Assembly: GCA_043732185.1 (NCBI GenBank)
Contig: JAYTHY010000052.1
Location: 30,828-94,827, forward strand
Direction of reading: 5' to 3'
From: Fibrobacteria bacterium
GTDB lineage: Bacteria; Fibrobacterota; Fibrobacteria; UBA11236
DNA length: 64,000 nucleotides
Shown here: piece after piece, positions 29,556-38,739 of the stretch
Layout: each line of letters begins with the position of its first letter
Numbering within the stretch: the first letter of the stretch is position 1
Position numbers and translations under genes: made by a program
Notes under the pieces: generated by a model
The model's input: only the letters and a program-made list of their open reading frames with translations
What the model was told of the DNA's origin: nothing
Databases searched by the model: none

Positions 29556-31949
29556 TCAAATGGTTTCCATGTTTTTTATCGACAAAGTCACCGGGCCATA
29601 TTTATGCAATGGCAACCGCTGTTCTACTCTAAAGATAATCTTAGGAAGCGCTTGCAAGGCGGGATACTCTAGGCTAAAAAGCCGCTTAGCCTGTGGAAAT
29701 GGTCCGTCCAGATTTAAGTAGTCTTTGAGTGCTGGAAATCTTTGGATGGCATCCAAGAGTAGTTTACCCGCTTCGTCTTTTTTGCCTTGGAAACCTAGTA
29801 CATAGGCCAAATTATTTATCACCTCAGGGAGGTCTCCCAATTTGGTAAGGGCAATGCGGTAAAAAAATTCTGCTTCGGCGTATCCCACTCGACCATTCTG
29901 GTCCAACAAAAGCGTCCCGAAATCCAGTGCGGCCAAACCCAGTGCTTGGGGGCTTCGATCTGTTTTTAGAAAAGGATAGAGTACATCCATTGAAGTAGCC
30001 ATTCGCAAGTCCGGAAGAAACCGGCTTATTTCCAGTTTAGCATCGTAGGACTGTCCATAGGGAATATTATGTTTGGCCTCATATTGTAGACAGAGTGGAA
30101 GTGGGATATGGTACGCGCTTCCAAGCAGGGCAGCCTTGAGAAAAAATTCATAGTTGCTCGCGATTTTGAAGGACTCCTGGAAAAGACCGATCTCGCTATG
30201 GAGAGAGCGTCGCCACATTACCACATTTCCGAAGGGGTAATCCAGCAACGCTTGCCTGGCGTTGAAATCCGGATAAGACCAAATAAATTGTGATCGATGG
30301 TTTTCAAAATTTTCAGTTCGATCATTCGTTATCAGGGCATCTGCATAAACTAGGGCAACTTGACGGGAATCCAATTCTCGCTCCATGAATTCAATTGCCG
30401 CAGTGGAAAGACTACACCGAGCATCGATATGAATTAGATAACGACCTTGTGAGGCCAATACCATGCGATTCCAAGATACGAAAGGGTCTTCTTGACTGGT
30501 GCGAATATATAGAATGTTGGGGTGAGCAGCTTGGCTGGCACGTAAAATAGCCTGCTCCGCTGAACTGCAACCATAGTCCAAAAGAATCAACTCCATTTTC
30601 CCATCTTTGAAAAATGTTTGATTCAAAATATTTTGGACACGTTCCTGAATTTTACCTTGAATATTGATCACGGAAATCATCGCCGTAACTCTAAATTTTT
30701 CCCTCAGAAACCTAGGAGCTATAACATTTTGGCCGTCTGTATGAGCGACTTTCAATTCGGATCGTTCTGCCTTTGCTTCGCCATCCAATTTACCCAACCT
30801 AGCTCTAACCTTGGTTTCCCGATAAGCTTTCGCATAGTTGGCTTGTATGACATAAATCTCGTCAGAGGCTTCTGACCCCCCGGAAAGTGAATCCTTTGTC
30901 AGCCATACTAGCCCCGTAAAAACACAAATATGGTACATGGGAAATTGCTGACCTAGGCGCAGCCAAAAATCCTGATCACTAACAGCCTTATATCTTGGAT
31001 CGAAATATCCCACGGTAGCATGAACATTCCTTCTCCAGAGTGGATGGGCTCCAATGCCGCAAGACATCAGAAGGAATTCGTAATTGTATTCCGGCCAACA
31101 AAAACTACCCCCGCAACTGGTGGAAGGCACATGTTGGCCAAATTTTTGATGCGGCAAATCAGTCAGGTAGCTGTCCCCGTACACCAACGCCGCCTCCGGA
31201 ACTTCCTCAATGGCTTCAAATAGTTCCTGACAGGCATTGGGCGACAAACGGTCATTGGTACTAAAGGGCAGAATATATTTTCCATGTGCAGCGCGAATGG
31301 CCATGTTCCAAGCTGGATAAATGCCAATTCGGTTTGGCGTACGTAAATATCGGATATTGTCATATCGATTTTGGAATTCCAAGACAATGGATTTTTCGTT
31401 TTGAGGAGAATGGGCATCCACGATAATAATTTCCAATTGGTCGGCAATAGTTTGGGATTCAAGATCTTCCAGGCACTCTCGGATAAAGTCACTGGAAGCA
31501 TATGTGGAAACCAAAACGGAAATTGAAAAATCTCGTTTCCTAAAATTTCCCTCGATGACTTCACAACTAGCCAGTAGCTTGTCATATATATACTCGTCAG
31601 CCACTATCAGTGCCTGCACTACCTCTTTTTCCAAGGGTTTTCCATCCAAAAACTTGAAATATTCCTCGCTGGCTTCCTCCCAGCGTCCCATTGCTTGCAG
31701 GACATCTCCATAATTCAGGAGGTAGGTACAATCGGTTGGATCCGATTCACGCGCCTGCCGGAAATAATTCAAAGCTTCCGCAAGATTACCTTGCACATGT
31801 GCAATCGTACCAAGATTGTTTGAAATTCGAGGGTGTTTGGGGAAATTATCAGCCAATTTTTCCAAAAGGGATCTTCCCAGCCCAAGATCTCCAGCCAGGA
31901 TAGTGTTCTCCGCCACTCCAATCTGGTCATTAAATTCGATAGCAGTCAC
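29556..31949 (-). CDS. TPR + two GT2 domains + TPR glycosyltransferase
   Basis: N-terminal TPRs (SNNLGTIA, LNYGDVL); GT2 motifs ISVLVSTY, IVDAHS, DQDFWLR; a second degenerate GT2; C-terminal TPR (INNLAYVL). Confidence 0.87.
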   Translation of the reverse strand: MTAIEFNDQIGVAENTILAGDLGLGRSLLEKLADNFPKHPRISNNLGTIAHVQGNLAEALNYFRQARESDPTDCTYLLNYGDVLQAMGRWEEASEEYFKFLDGKPLEKEVVQALIVADEYIYDKLLASCEVIEGNFRKRDFSISVLVSTYASSDFIRECLEDLESQTIADQLEIIIVDAHSPQNEKSIVLEFQNRYDNIRYLRTPNRIGIYPAWNMAIRAAHGKYILPFSTNDRLSPNACQELFEAIEEVPEAALVYGDSYLTDLPHQKFGQHVPSTSCGGSFCWPEYNYEFLLMSCGIGAHPLWRRNVHATVGYFDPRYKAVSDQDFWLRLGQQFPMYHICVFTGLVWLTKDSLSGGSEASDEIYVIQANYAKAYRETKVRARLGKLDGEAKAERSELKVAHTDGQNVIAPRFLREKFRVTAMISVINIQGKIQERVQNILNQTFFKDGKMELILLDYGCSSAEQAILRASQAAHPNILYIRTSQEDPFVSWNRMVLASQGRYLIHIDARCSLSTAAIEFMERELDSRQVALVYADALITNDRTENFENHRSQFIWSYPDFNARQALLDYPFGNVVMWRRSLHSEIGLFQESFKIASNYEFFLKAALLGSAYHIPLPLCLQYEAKHNIPYGQSYDAKLEISRFLPDLRMATSMDVLYPFLKTDRSPQALGLAALDFGTLLLDQNGRVGYAEAEFFYRIALTKLGDLPEVINNLAYVLGFQGKKDEAGKLLLDAIQRFPALKDYLNLDGPFPQAKRLFSLEYPALQALPKIIFRVEQRLPLHKYGPVTLSIKNMETI

Positions 31950-31954
31950 GGCAT

Positions 31955-31983
31955 ATTTTCTTATTGGGTCCTAGAGATGTCAA
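31955..31983 (-). promoter_or_regulatory. Sigma70-type promoter heading the glycan island
   Basis: Minus strand TTGACA-N17-GAAAAT, ending 5 nt before the GTG at 31949. Confidence 0.6.
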
Positions 31984-32096
31984 GCATTTGAAACCTACAG
32001 CCTTAGCAGCAAAAAGAGAAGGGCCCGGGCGTAAGCCCAAGTTCTGTCTTTTCTCCTTAAAATTCTAAGTTCATGCCAACTTATAACAGGATTCGC

Positions 32097-33278
32097 ATGC
32101 AGATCACCCATTCCGTTCAAATCAGGCCTGACCGCGTTAAAAACATCCAAGGAGGCCATCCCTGGATATTCTCCGGAGCCTTGTTGCAAAAACCCAATAT
32201 CCCGGATGGTAGTTTGGTACGCATCCTCTCCAATCGCCAATTTGTCGGAGTCGGGTATTATAACAGCCGTACCGATATAGCCGTGCGCATTTTGTCACTG
32301 AGGGATGAACCCATCGACTCCCGTTTTTTTGCCGAAAGGTTTCAAACCTTGCGCCGCAGTAAAGAAGCGTGGCTGCCCGCTCGCACCAATGCCTATCGGG
32401 TGGTATTCGGAGAAGCGGATGGACTACCAGGATTAGTAGTTGATAAATACAATAATACCCTAGTCGCACAGTTTCACACCCATGGCATGAACGAATTGAA
32501 ATCTCAAGTGGTTGAAGGTTTTGTAAAAGTTTTTAACCCCGCAAGTATTGTGGAAAGAAGCGATGTCGGGGTTCGAAAAATGGAAGGGCTTCTGGATCAG
32601 CCCATCGGTATTCTCCATGGCAAGGATACCGCCGAGGTGGAAATCGAAGAACAGGGACATAAATTTTTGGTACATGTGTTAGAAGGCCAAAAGACCGGAT
32701 TCTTCCTCGATCAACGGGAAAATCGTCAGGCCATAACACGCTATTGTAAAGGTCGCACCGTCGTCAATTGTTTCAGCTATACGGGCGGATTCTCAGTATA
32801 TGCCGCCTCTGCAGCCAAGCGCGTGGTCAGCGTGGATATTTCCAAACCCGCTACGGAATACTGCCGTCGCAATTTTCAACTGAACAATTTGCCTACTCCT
32901 GATGGGGATTTCTTGGCCCTGGATGTTTTCGATTTTCTTAAGGCCATGGAACCCGGAGCCTTTGATTTCATTATTCTGGATCCCCCTTCCTTCGCCAAAA
33001 ACCGGAAACAATTGCCAAATGCCATTAAGGCCTATACGACCATCAATTCCAAGGCCTTGGAAAAACTTCCCGACGGCGGCATTTTGGTCTCTTCCTCCTG
33101 CACATCGCACGTCGATCCAGGAACGTTCATCAAAATCCTCAATCAAGCGGCCATCAATACCCGCTGCACTTTAAAAGTTCTGGAAAGTCGTGAGCAACCT
33201 TTTGACCATCCCTACAACCTGGCGTTTCCAGAAGGGCGCTATCTGAAATTTTTCATACTCCAAAAGTTTTCTCGATAA
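32097..33278 (+). CDS. rlmI: 23S rRNA m5C1962 methyltransferase (RlmI family)
   Basis: PUA domain GHPWIFS, GEADGLPG, GQKTGFFLDQRENR, FSYTGGF, ILDPPSFAK, SSSC. Confidence 0.9.
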   Translation: MQITHSVQIRPDRVKNIQGGHPWIFSGALLQKPNIPDGSLVRILSNRQFVGVGYYNSRTDIAVRILSLRDEPIDSRFFAERFQTLRRSKEAWLPARTNAYRVVFGEADGLPGLVVDKYNNTLVAQFHTHGMNELKSQVVEGFVKVFNPASIVERSDVGVRKMEGLLDQPIGILHGKDTAEVEIEEQGHKFLVHVLEGQKTGFFLDQRENRQAITRYCKGRTVVNCFSYTGGFSVYAASAAKRVVSVDISKPATEYCRRNFQLNNLPTPDGDFLALDVFDFLKAMEPGAFDFIILDPPSFAKNRKQLPNAIKAYTTINSKALEKLPDGGILVSSSCTSHVDPGTFIKILNQAAINTRCTLKVLESREQPFDHPYNLAFPEGRYLKFFILQKFSR

Positions 33279-33281
33279 ACG

Positions 33282-33698
33282 TCAAGGATTGAAATAGGGA
33301 ATGCCGGCCACCAACTGGTAATCGCCGTTAAACCGTTCCAAATACCGGTTGTCCGGACCATTAGTTAGCATCACATATCGGCTGGGAATCTTCCGCAAAT
33401 AATCCGCGGCTTGAAAAGCCACTGCATCGTTAATGGGAACGCGCGGCTCCTTGCACTCCACCAACAACCAAGGAGTCAATAAACTCTCCCCCGGTCGCCA
33501 CACCACAATATCGGCACGGCGCAAATTGCCCTGATCCAATGAAACCAGGGAAAACTCGACACTGATAAGATTGACAGGTACCCGCAGCGTATCCATGAGG
33601 TAAACGAGCACCGTTTGGCGGACCTTTTCTTCCGGTGTTGCGGGTACGTGTTTCCGGCGGACAGGATCGAAAAAGGTGGCCTGCATGTCAGATTTCAT
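33282..33698 (-). CDS. Stand-alone HsdR N-terminal (type I restriction enzyme R, PD-(D/E)xK) domain protein
   Basis: TPEEKVRQ, RRADIVV, LVECKEP, YVMLTNG. Confidence 0.82.
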   Translation of the reverse strand: MKSDMQATFFDPVRRKHVPATPEEKVRQTVLVYLMDTLRVPVNLISVEFSLVSLDQGNLRRADIVVWRPGESLLTPWLLVECKEPRVPINDAVAFQAADYLRKIPSRYVMLTNGPDNRYLERFNGDYQLVAGIPYFNP

Positions 33699-33707
33699 AA
33701 ACCGTAT

Positions 33708-34853
33708 TCACTGGCCGACCAGCCTTGCCCAAACCATGCGATGATCGGAAGCAAAAATCCGTGCGCCCAGCCCGATTGTCACAGGACCATTTAGGGCTAC
33801 TTCATGATCCAGAATCTTCACCAGATGTTTTCCCCAGATATAATCAAGGCGACGATTGGAAAAAGTGGTATCCGGCCTCCACAAAGCGCTGCCCGCCACG
33901 CAGCACGAGTAGCCGGAATCCGGTTTTGGAATATACAGATCGACAAAGCCACCCTCTGTCATCACATTATGTGCATCAGTCATTGGGCTGACATTGAAAT
34001 CCCCGAGGACAATCAAAGGGTTTACCAAATTGCCTAGGCTATCTTTGTTACCCAAGCTATCGGCCAAGTGACGGATTTCCTTGGCCTGTGGGCTACTGAA
34101 CTCCGCGAATACTTCCAGATGCGTAAAGAATACCTGCCAGACCACTTTCTTGGCGCTTTTAAGTTTAACATAACCTAGAGCCCGCTCCGTATCTTTACCT
34201 CCAACGGTGACAATTGGTAAAAGTGAATAATAGATGAAGCGCGCGGAGTCGAGTAGTTGCAGGCCAGACTTAACTAGAATGGCATTGCCCTCGTGAAAGG
34301 CTATTGTATTGGTCAGCGTACCTTGTTTTCCCGTTAGCGATGTATCGTTAAGTGGATTGTAGTAAACCTGATACGCTGGACCGCCCGCTGCTTTGATATC
34401 CGCCACCAATTCAGCCAAAAAATCATTGGCAAGAATACCGTTCTTGGAGATTTTCATAACCTCCTGCAAGGCAACCACATCCAGATTGAGGGCCATGATG
34501 GTATCTGCCATTGCCTTGATCCTATCCGCAGGTTGTCCCAGAATGTACCGCTCATATAGGGTATCCAAAACGCGATAGGCTACTTCTGGATTGGCCATAT
34601 CCTTGAAAAGCAATTGTGCTACTGGAAAGCCAATGCTCATATTCAATGTGGCAATGCGCAATGTATCCAGCGGTTTGGCCGTGTCTTGTTTAACCAAGGT
34701 ATCTTGTTTGATGACTGGACCGGTATTTCCAAAATCCGCATCATGCTGCGTGCAGCCCAACCCGGCCAAGAGCAAACCTGCCAGGAGCAACCCTGACAAA
34801 ACTGCCCAGAATAGTTGCCTGAATTGCACAAACCACTTGTTCGGCTTGCTCAT
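33708..34853 (-). CDS. Endonuclease/exonuclease/phosphatase family lipoprotein
   Basis: Lipobox-like LAGLGC; IATLN, VALQE, THLE, VLGDFN, RLDYIW, SDH. Confidence 0.85.
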   Translation of the reverse strand: MSKPNKWFVQFRQLFWAVLSGLLLAGLLLAGLGCTQHDADFGNTGPVIKQDTLVKQDTAKPLDTLRIATLNMSIGFPVAQLLFKDMANPEVAYRVLDTLYERYILGQPADRIKAMADTIMALNLDVVALQEVMKISKNGILANDFLAELVADIKAAGGPAYQVYYNPLNDTSLTGKQGTLTNTIAFHEGNAILVKSGLQLLDSARFIYYSLLPIVTVGGKDTERALGYVKLKSAKKVVWQVFFTHLEVFAEFSSPQAKEIRHLADSLGNKDSLGNLVNPLIVLGDFNVSPMTDAHNVMTEGGFVDLYIPKPDSGYSCCVAGSALWRPDTTFSNRRLDYIWGKHLVKILDHEVALNGPVTIGLGARIFASDHRMVWARLVGQ

Positions 34854-35788
34854 ACTCCCCTCCAGTAGAAATTTAATTTTACCGATAGGAACCAGCCGGT
34901 GAAATCACCATTGACTAGGTGAAAACGTGTGTTCTCGATGATTGCTTTGGCTTTGGCATCTGCTTCGGTGCCGACATAAATCTTATCGTCATCAGGATTT
35001 TGAGTGAAGGATTGGAAATACATATGAGCCCCATTTTTTGCCTCGGGGAAAACGGTTGTGAAGATGCGTGAACTGCCTTCTTGATTGCGTAATGTGAGCC
35101 CTTCCACTTTGGAAAAGCGCCAACCCATGCGCCAATCCAGCCCTACCCATTTCCAGGGCAAGTATTCCATATCGGCAAAGGCTTTTTGAACGGGATTTAT
35201 GCCCGGCCAAATCTGAAACTTGATATGGTCATCGGGTACCGCATCGGCGCCATAATATTTGGCCGTCATTTCAATATGGGCGGATCCGGCCAATACGCCC
35301 AATCCATAACCTGCGCCCACTCGAAAATGTTTTCCAAGATCGCGGTTATAGGATACCTGAAGGGTAATGGGTAGGAAATCAAAGATCTCTTTGGCTTCTA
35401 CGCAGCCGAAAAGTTTGGTGGAAACACGATTTGGATCTCGAAGGTCCGCACAGGTGATGCGGTTGACCCGTTCGGCTTCTTCGAGGTCGAAAGGCACTTC
35501 ATCTTGCTGAAAACTTTCCACCCAGAATTCGGCTTCAGCCCCCAAGGTCCATGGACCGTGAACCATGCCGAGCACTAAGGCATTCTGAGGGTGTCCATCG
35601 AATAATTTTACCGTATAAGGATTAAACCCCTTCTCCTTGGTGGTTTTCTCCATAAGCAGCAAGACCCGATTAAAATCTTTTGCTTCATAATGAGTGTAGC
35701 CTTGCGAGCCGGAAATGAAAAAGTCCCACCCCCAGGATTCCGTTCCCCAAAAGAGGGCGGCCAGGAAAAGATAGCGGCAATGGATCAT
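34850..35788 (-). CDS. Putative outer-membrane beta-barrel protein
   Basis: Signal peptide, amphipathic strands (RVGAGYGLG, WVGLDWRMGWRF), C-terminal LSVKLNFYW; ATGA overlaps with both neighbours. Confidence 0.55.
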   Translation of the reverse strand: MIHCRYLFLAALFWGTESWGWDFFISGSQGYTHYEAKDFNRVLLLMEKTTKEKGFNPYTVKLFDGHPQNALVLGMVHGPWTLGAEAEFWVESFQQDEVPFDLEEAERVNRITCADLRDPNRVSTKLFGCVEAKEIFDFLPITLQVSYNRDLGKHFRVGAGYGLGVLAGSAHIEMTAKYYGADAVPDDHIKFQIWPGINPVQKAFADMEYLPWKWVGLDWRMGWRFSKVEGLTLRNQEGSSRIFTTVFPEAKNGAHMYFQSFTQNPDDDKIYVGTEADAKAKAIIENTRFHLVNGDFTGWFLSVKLNFYWRGV

Positions 35789-36498
35789 GAACCTTTCGAT
35801 TGCCAAAGGAAGCGACGGCCTCCAGTTAAAGTCATCCAGGCCACTGGTGCTAGAAGAACGACATCGCGGATTAGAGAAAACCAGGTCTCCCCTACATCCG
35901 CGGCCCCTTCGATATCAAAACAGCCGCATGCGATGCCTAGGTCCCGTAACAAGGCTTGACCCAAAGCAACAATGAACATAAGCAGCATCACGCCAACCAA
36001 AATCGAAAATTCCTTCTCCCACGCGGTTAGAATAAGGCCTAGGCCTACAACCACTTCGGTAGCAGCCAACCATAGGGTAAAGCCATTAACCAGGATACTG
36101 GGCAAGAATTGGTATTGGGCGACCAGCATGGAAAACCCTTTGGGGTCGGTAAACTTAGGCCATGCGGCCGCGAGGAACATGGCGGACAAACCCAATCGCA
36201 AAGCGGTACGCACCATGGCCGATGCGGGCACTCCACGAAATTTCTGCAAAAGAAAAATGATAATGGCTAGTAACGCAAGGCCACCCAGAATCCACAAACG
36301 ATGGGCCTCAAAACCTTTCCAAGCCACTTTAAACCCAGCCACGAGGCCCTTGGCAATGCCCATCGAGGGCCAGCCGGACGGTTTTTCCAGAACCTCCGGA
36401 CTGCCAAGCCAATCTACGGAATGCGGGTTCACAAGGTTATTCACGCCAGCCAGTAGGCCGCCGGCAAGTATCGCTCCAGCCAAAATCTTTTTCTGCAT
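35785..36498 (-). CDS. MauE/DoxX family membrane protein with N-terminal extension
   Basis: RLGLSAMFLAAAWPK, EVVVGLGLI, GIACGCF, RD motif. Confidence 0.85.
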   Translation of the reverse strand: MQKKILAGAILAGGLLAGVNNLVNPHSVDWLGSPEVLEKPSGWPSMGIAKGLVAGFKVAWKGFEAHRLWILGGLALLAIIIFLLQKFRGVPASAMVRTALRLGLSAMFLAAAWPKFTDPKGFSMLVAQYQFLPSILVNGFTLWLAATEVVVGLGLILTAWEKEFSILVGVMLLMFIVALGQALLRDLGIACGCFDIEGAADVGETWFSLIRDVVLLAPVAWMTLTGGRRFLWQSKGS

Positions 36499-36562
36499 AC
36501 CAGAAAAATACACACTTGTTTGGGAGGTTTCTCTTCAATTTGTTAAACTTGAGGATACAATT

Positions 36563-37468
36563 ATGGCCTTCCTTGAAAAGCTCCTTGTGGGCACACCGAC
36601 CCTATCTTTTGAACTTTTTCCGCCAAAAAATCCGGCCGGTTGGGGTACCTTGTACAGCACATTGGGCGAGATAGGCAAACTTTCCCCGGATTATATATCG
36701 GTAACGTATGGTGCCGGCGGTTCCACTCGGATGAAAACCGTGGAATTGGTGGCCCGCATTCAGGGTGAATTGGGTATTGAATCCATGGCCCACTTGACCT
36801 GTGTTGGCCATTCCCAAACTGAAATCAGAGATATTTTACAATTGCTGGAAAAATCCGGAATACGGAATGTATTGGCTTTACGGGGAGATCCACCCAAAGG
36901 CGATGCGTCTTTTCGACCGCATCCAGATGGATTCGCGCATGCTACGGATTTGATTCAATTCATCCGTGGGCAATTTCAATTGCAAATCGGCTGCGCTTTC
37001 TATCCCGAAAAACATATGGAAGCGGAAAGTCTCGATAGAGATTTGGATTTCCTGAAAATGAAACAGGAATTGGGCGCGCAGTTCACGATCAGCCAGCTTT
37101 TCTTTGACAATGAGATTTTTTATCGCTTTCGAGACAAGGCTGCGGCTAAAGGCATTCTGATTCCGATGGTGGCCGGCATCATGCCCGTGCTTGATAGCAA
37201 TCAGCTGGCGCGTTTTAAAGAATTGTCCGGTTGTTCCATTCCGGATAAGCTCGTCACCTTTTTGGGCCAGGGAAAGCCCGAGGACTGCATCGACCGCGGC
37301 GTGGAATTCGCCACCCTGCAATGTCTGGATTTGCTCAAGAACGATGTAGCCGGTATCCATCTCTATTCCTTGAACCGATCCCATTCTTCGGCGCGCATCA
37401 CGGAAAATCTTCGCAGTCAAAATTATTTTCCCCTGCTGAACCGCACCGCTTCCACAGTCAAACCCTAA
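36563..37468 (+). CDS. metF: 5,10-methylenetetrahydrofolate reductase
   Basis: Start after GAGGA; SFELFPPK, SVTYGAGGS, AHLTC, LALRGDPP, SQLFFD, GIHLYSLN. Confidence 0.95.
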   Translation: MAFLEKLLVGTPTLSFELFPPKNPAGWGTLYSTLGEIGKLSPDYISVTYGAGGSTRMKTVELVARIQGELGIESMAHLTCVGHSQTEIRDILQLLEKSGIRNVLALRGDPPKGDASFRPHPDGFAHATDLIQFIRGQFQLQIGCAFYPEKHMEAESLDRDLDFLKMKQELGAQFTISQLFFDNEIFYRFRDKAAAKGILIPMVAGIMPVLDSNQLARFKELSGCSIPDKLVTFLGQGKPEDCIDRGVEFATLQCLDLLKNDVAGIHLYSLNRSHSSARITENLRSQNYFPLLNRTASTVKP

Positions 37469-37491
37469 ATTTTTTCCAGCAGCCAATCCCG

Positions 37492-38739
37492 ATGTTCTCG
37501 GACCGATTCGGCAAGGCTCCCCCGGAATTAAATCCGCAGTGGAAGACCAAACTGGCTTTGGAGTCGGCGGGTGTCTCCATTTTGGATCTGACGCAAAGCA
37601 ATCCTACAGCAGTAGGGCTGGACTATTTGGACCCACTCGCCCTTCCCGTTCCCATCCCGGCTTTACTGGGTCGTGAAGCCATCTTAAAGTATGCACCCAT
37701 CCCGCAAGGCCTACTTGAAGCGCGTCAAGCCATAGCCAAATATTATCTCACCCGCCAGCGTACTATCCGACCTGAGGAATTGATTCTTACCGCCAGCACC
37801 TCCGAAGCCTATTCCTTTCTTTTCAAATTGCTCTGCAATCCCGGGGACGAAGTGCTCATTCCTTCTCCGAGCTATCCCCTATTCGATACTTTGGCCGAAT
37901 TGGAAAATGTCCAATTGATGTGGTACCGCGTGTCCGCAAACGGCGGGCTGGATGCAAAATTGCGCCGTGGTCTGGAGGCCAACGCAGAAAGTGATTCTCG
38001 CACCTGGCAAACGGATTTCATTTTTTTGCGCAGTCAGATTTCTACCCGTACCAAAGCCCTAATACTGGTCAATCCCAATAATCCGACAGGCCATATCTCT
38101 ACTGCCGCGGAACTAAACGAATACCTGCAAATCGCTAGAGAGTACAATTTGGCCTTAATTGTGGATGAGGTGTTTTGTGATTTTCTCCTCGGTTCGCAGC
38201 CTTTTATTCCCTTGGTTTCCGAGGACGTGCTTGTTTTCACCTTGAACGGATTTTCCAAACTTCTGGGTTTGCCACAATTGAAACTCGGCTGGATCCATGT
38301 TGCCGGAAGCAGGCCTATAGTCGATCAGGCTTTAGGCCACTTGGAAGGAATTGCCGACGCTTTTCTTTCCGTCAACACTCCCGTGCAATTGGCCGCCACA
38401 GATCTATTATCCCTAGTTGCACCCATTCAGTACAAGTTGCTGGGCCGGCTACAGGCCAATTTGCTCACGGCTGAAAAAATGTTGAATGCCTCCCGCCATC
38501 TTAAATTCTATCCGCCTCAAGCGGGCTGGTCGCTGGTGTTGGAACTTGCCATTCCACTCACCTCGGAATCTTTCGCACTGCGACTATTAGAGAAGCATCA
38601 TGTCCATGTGCATGGTGGCTACCTTTTTGGTTTTGAAACCGGCTGCCAGGTGGTCCTCAGTCTGCTTGGCCCCGAAAAAGAATTCCAAACAGGACTCGCC
38701 CTGCTTATCCAGTGTGGAGAGGCTTCTATTCATGGATGA
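37492..38739 (+). CDS. PLP-dependent aminotransferase class I/II
   Basis: LDLTQSNPT, TASTSEAY, PSYPLF, NPNNPTG, IVDEVF, GFSKLLGLPQLKLGW. Confidence 0.9.
   Translation: MFSDRFGKAPPELNPQWKTKLALESAGVSILDLTQSNPTAVGLDYLDPLALPVPIPALLGREAILKYAPIPQGLLEARQAIAKYYLTRQRTIRPEELILTASTSEAYSFLFKLLCNPGDEVLIPSPSYPLFDTLAELENVQLMWYRVSANGGLDAKLRRGLEANAESDSRTWQTDFIFLRSQISTRTKALILVNPNNPTGHISTAAELNEYLQIAREYNLALIVDEVFCDFLLGSQPFIPLVSEDVLVFTLNGFSKLLGLPQLKLGWIHVAGSRPIVDQALGHLEGIADAFLSVNTPVQLAATDLLSLVAPIQYKLLGRLQANLLTAEKMLNASRHLKFYPPQAGWSLVLELAIPLTSESFALRLLEKHHVHVHGGYLFGFETGCQVVLSLLGPEKEFQTGLALLIQCGEASIHG

Noticed and set aside
31994..32002. ops-like GGCTGTAG on the minus strand upstream of the island
   Set aside because: One mismatch in a short motif, located upstream of the predicted promoter, and no RfaH/UpxY gene in the window
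33282..33698. Type I restriction-modification system
   Set aside because: Only the N-terminal nuclease-like domain is present; no helicase, hsdM or hsdS
35972..36562. 197-aa N-terminal extension on MetF in the ORF track
   Set aside because: Antisense to the MauE gene; MetF homology and the RBS begin at 36563
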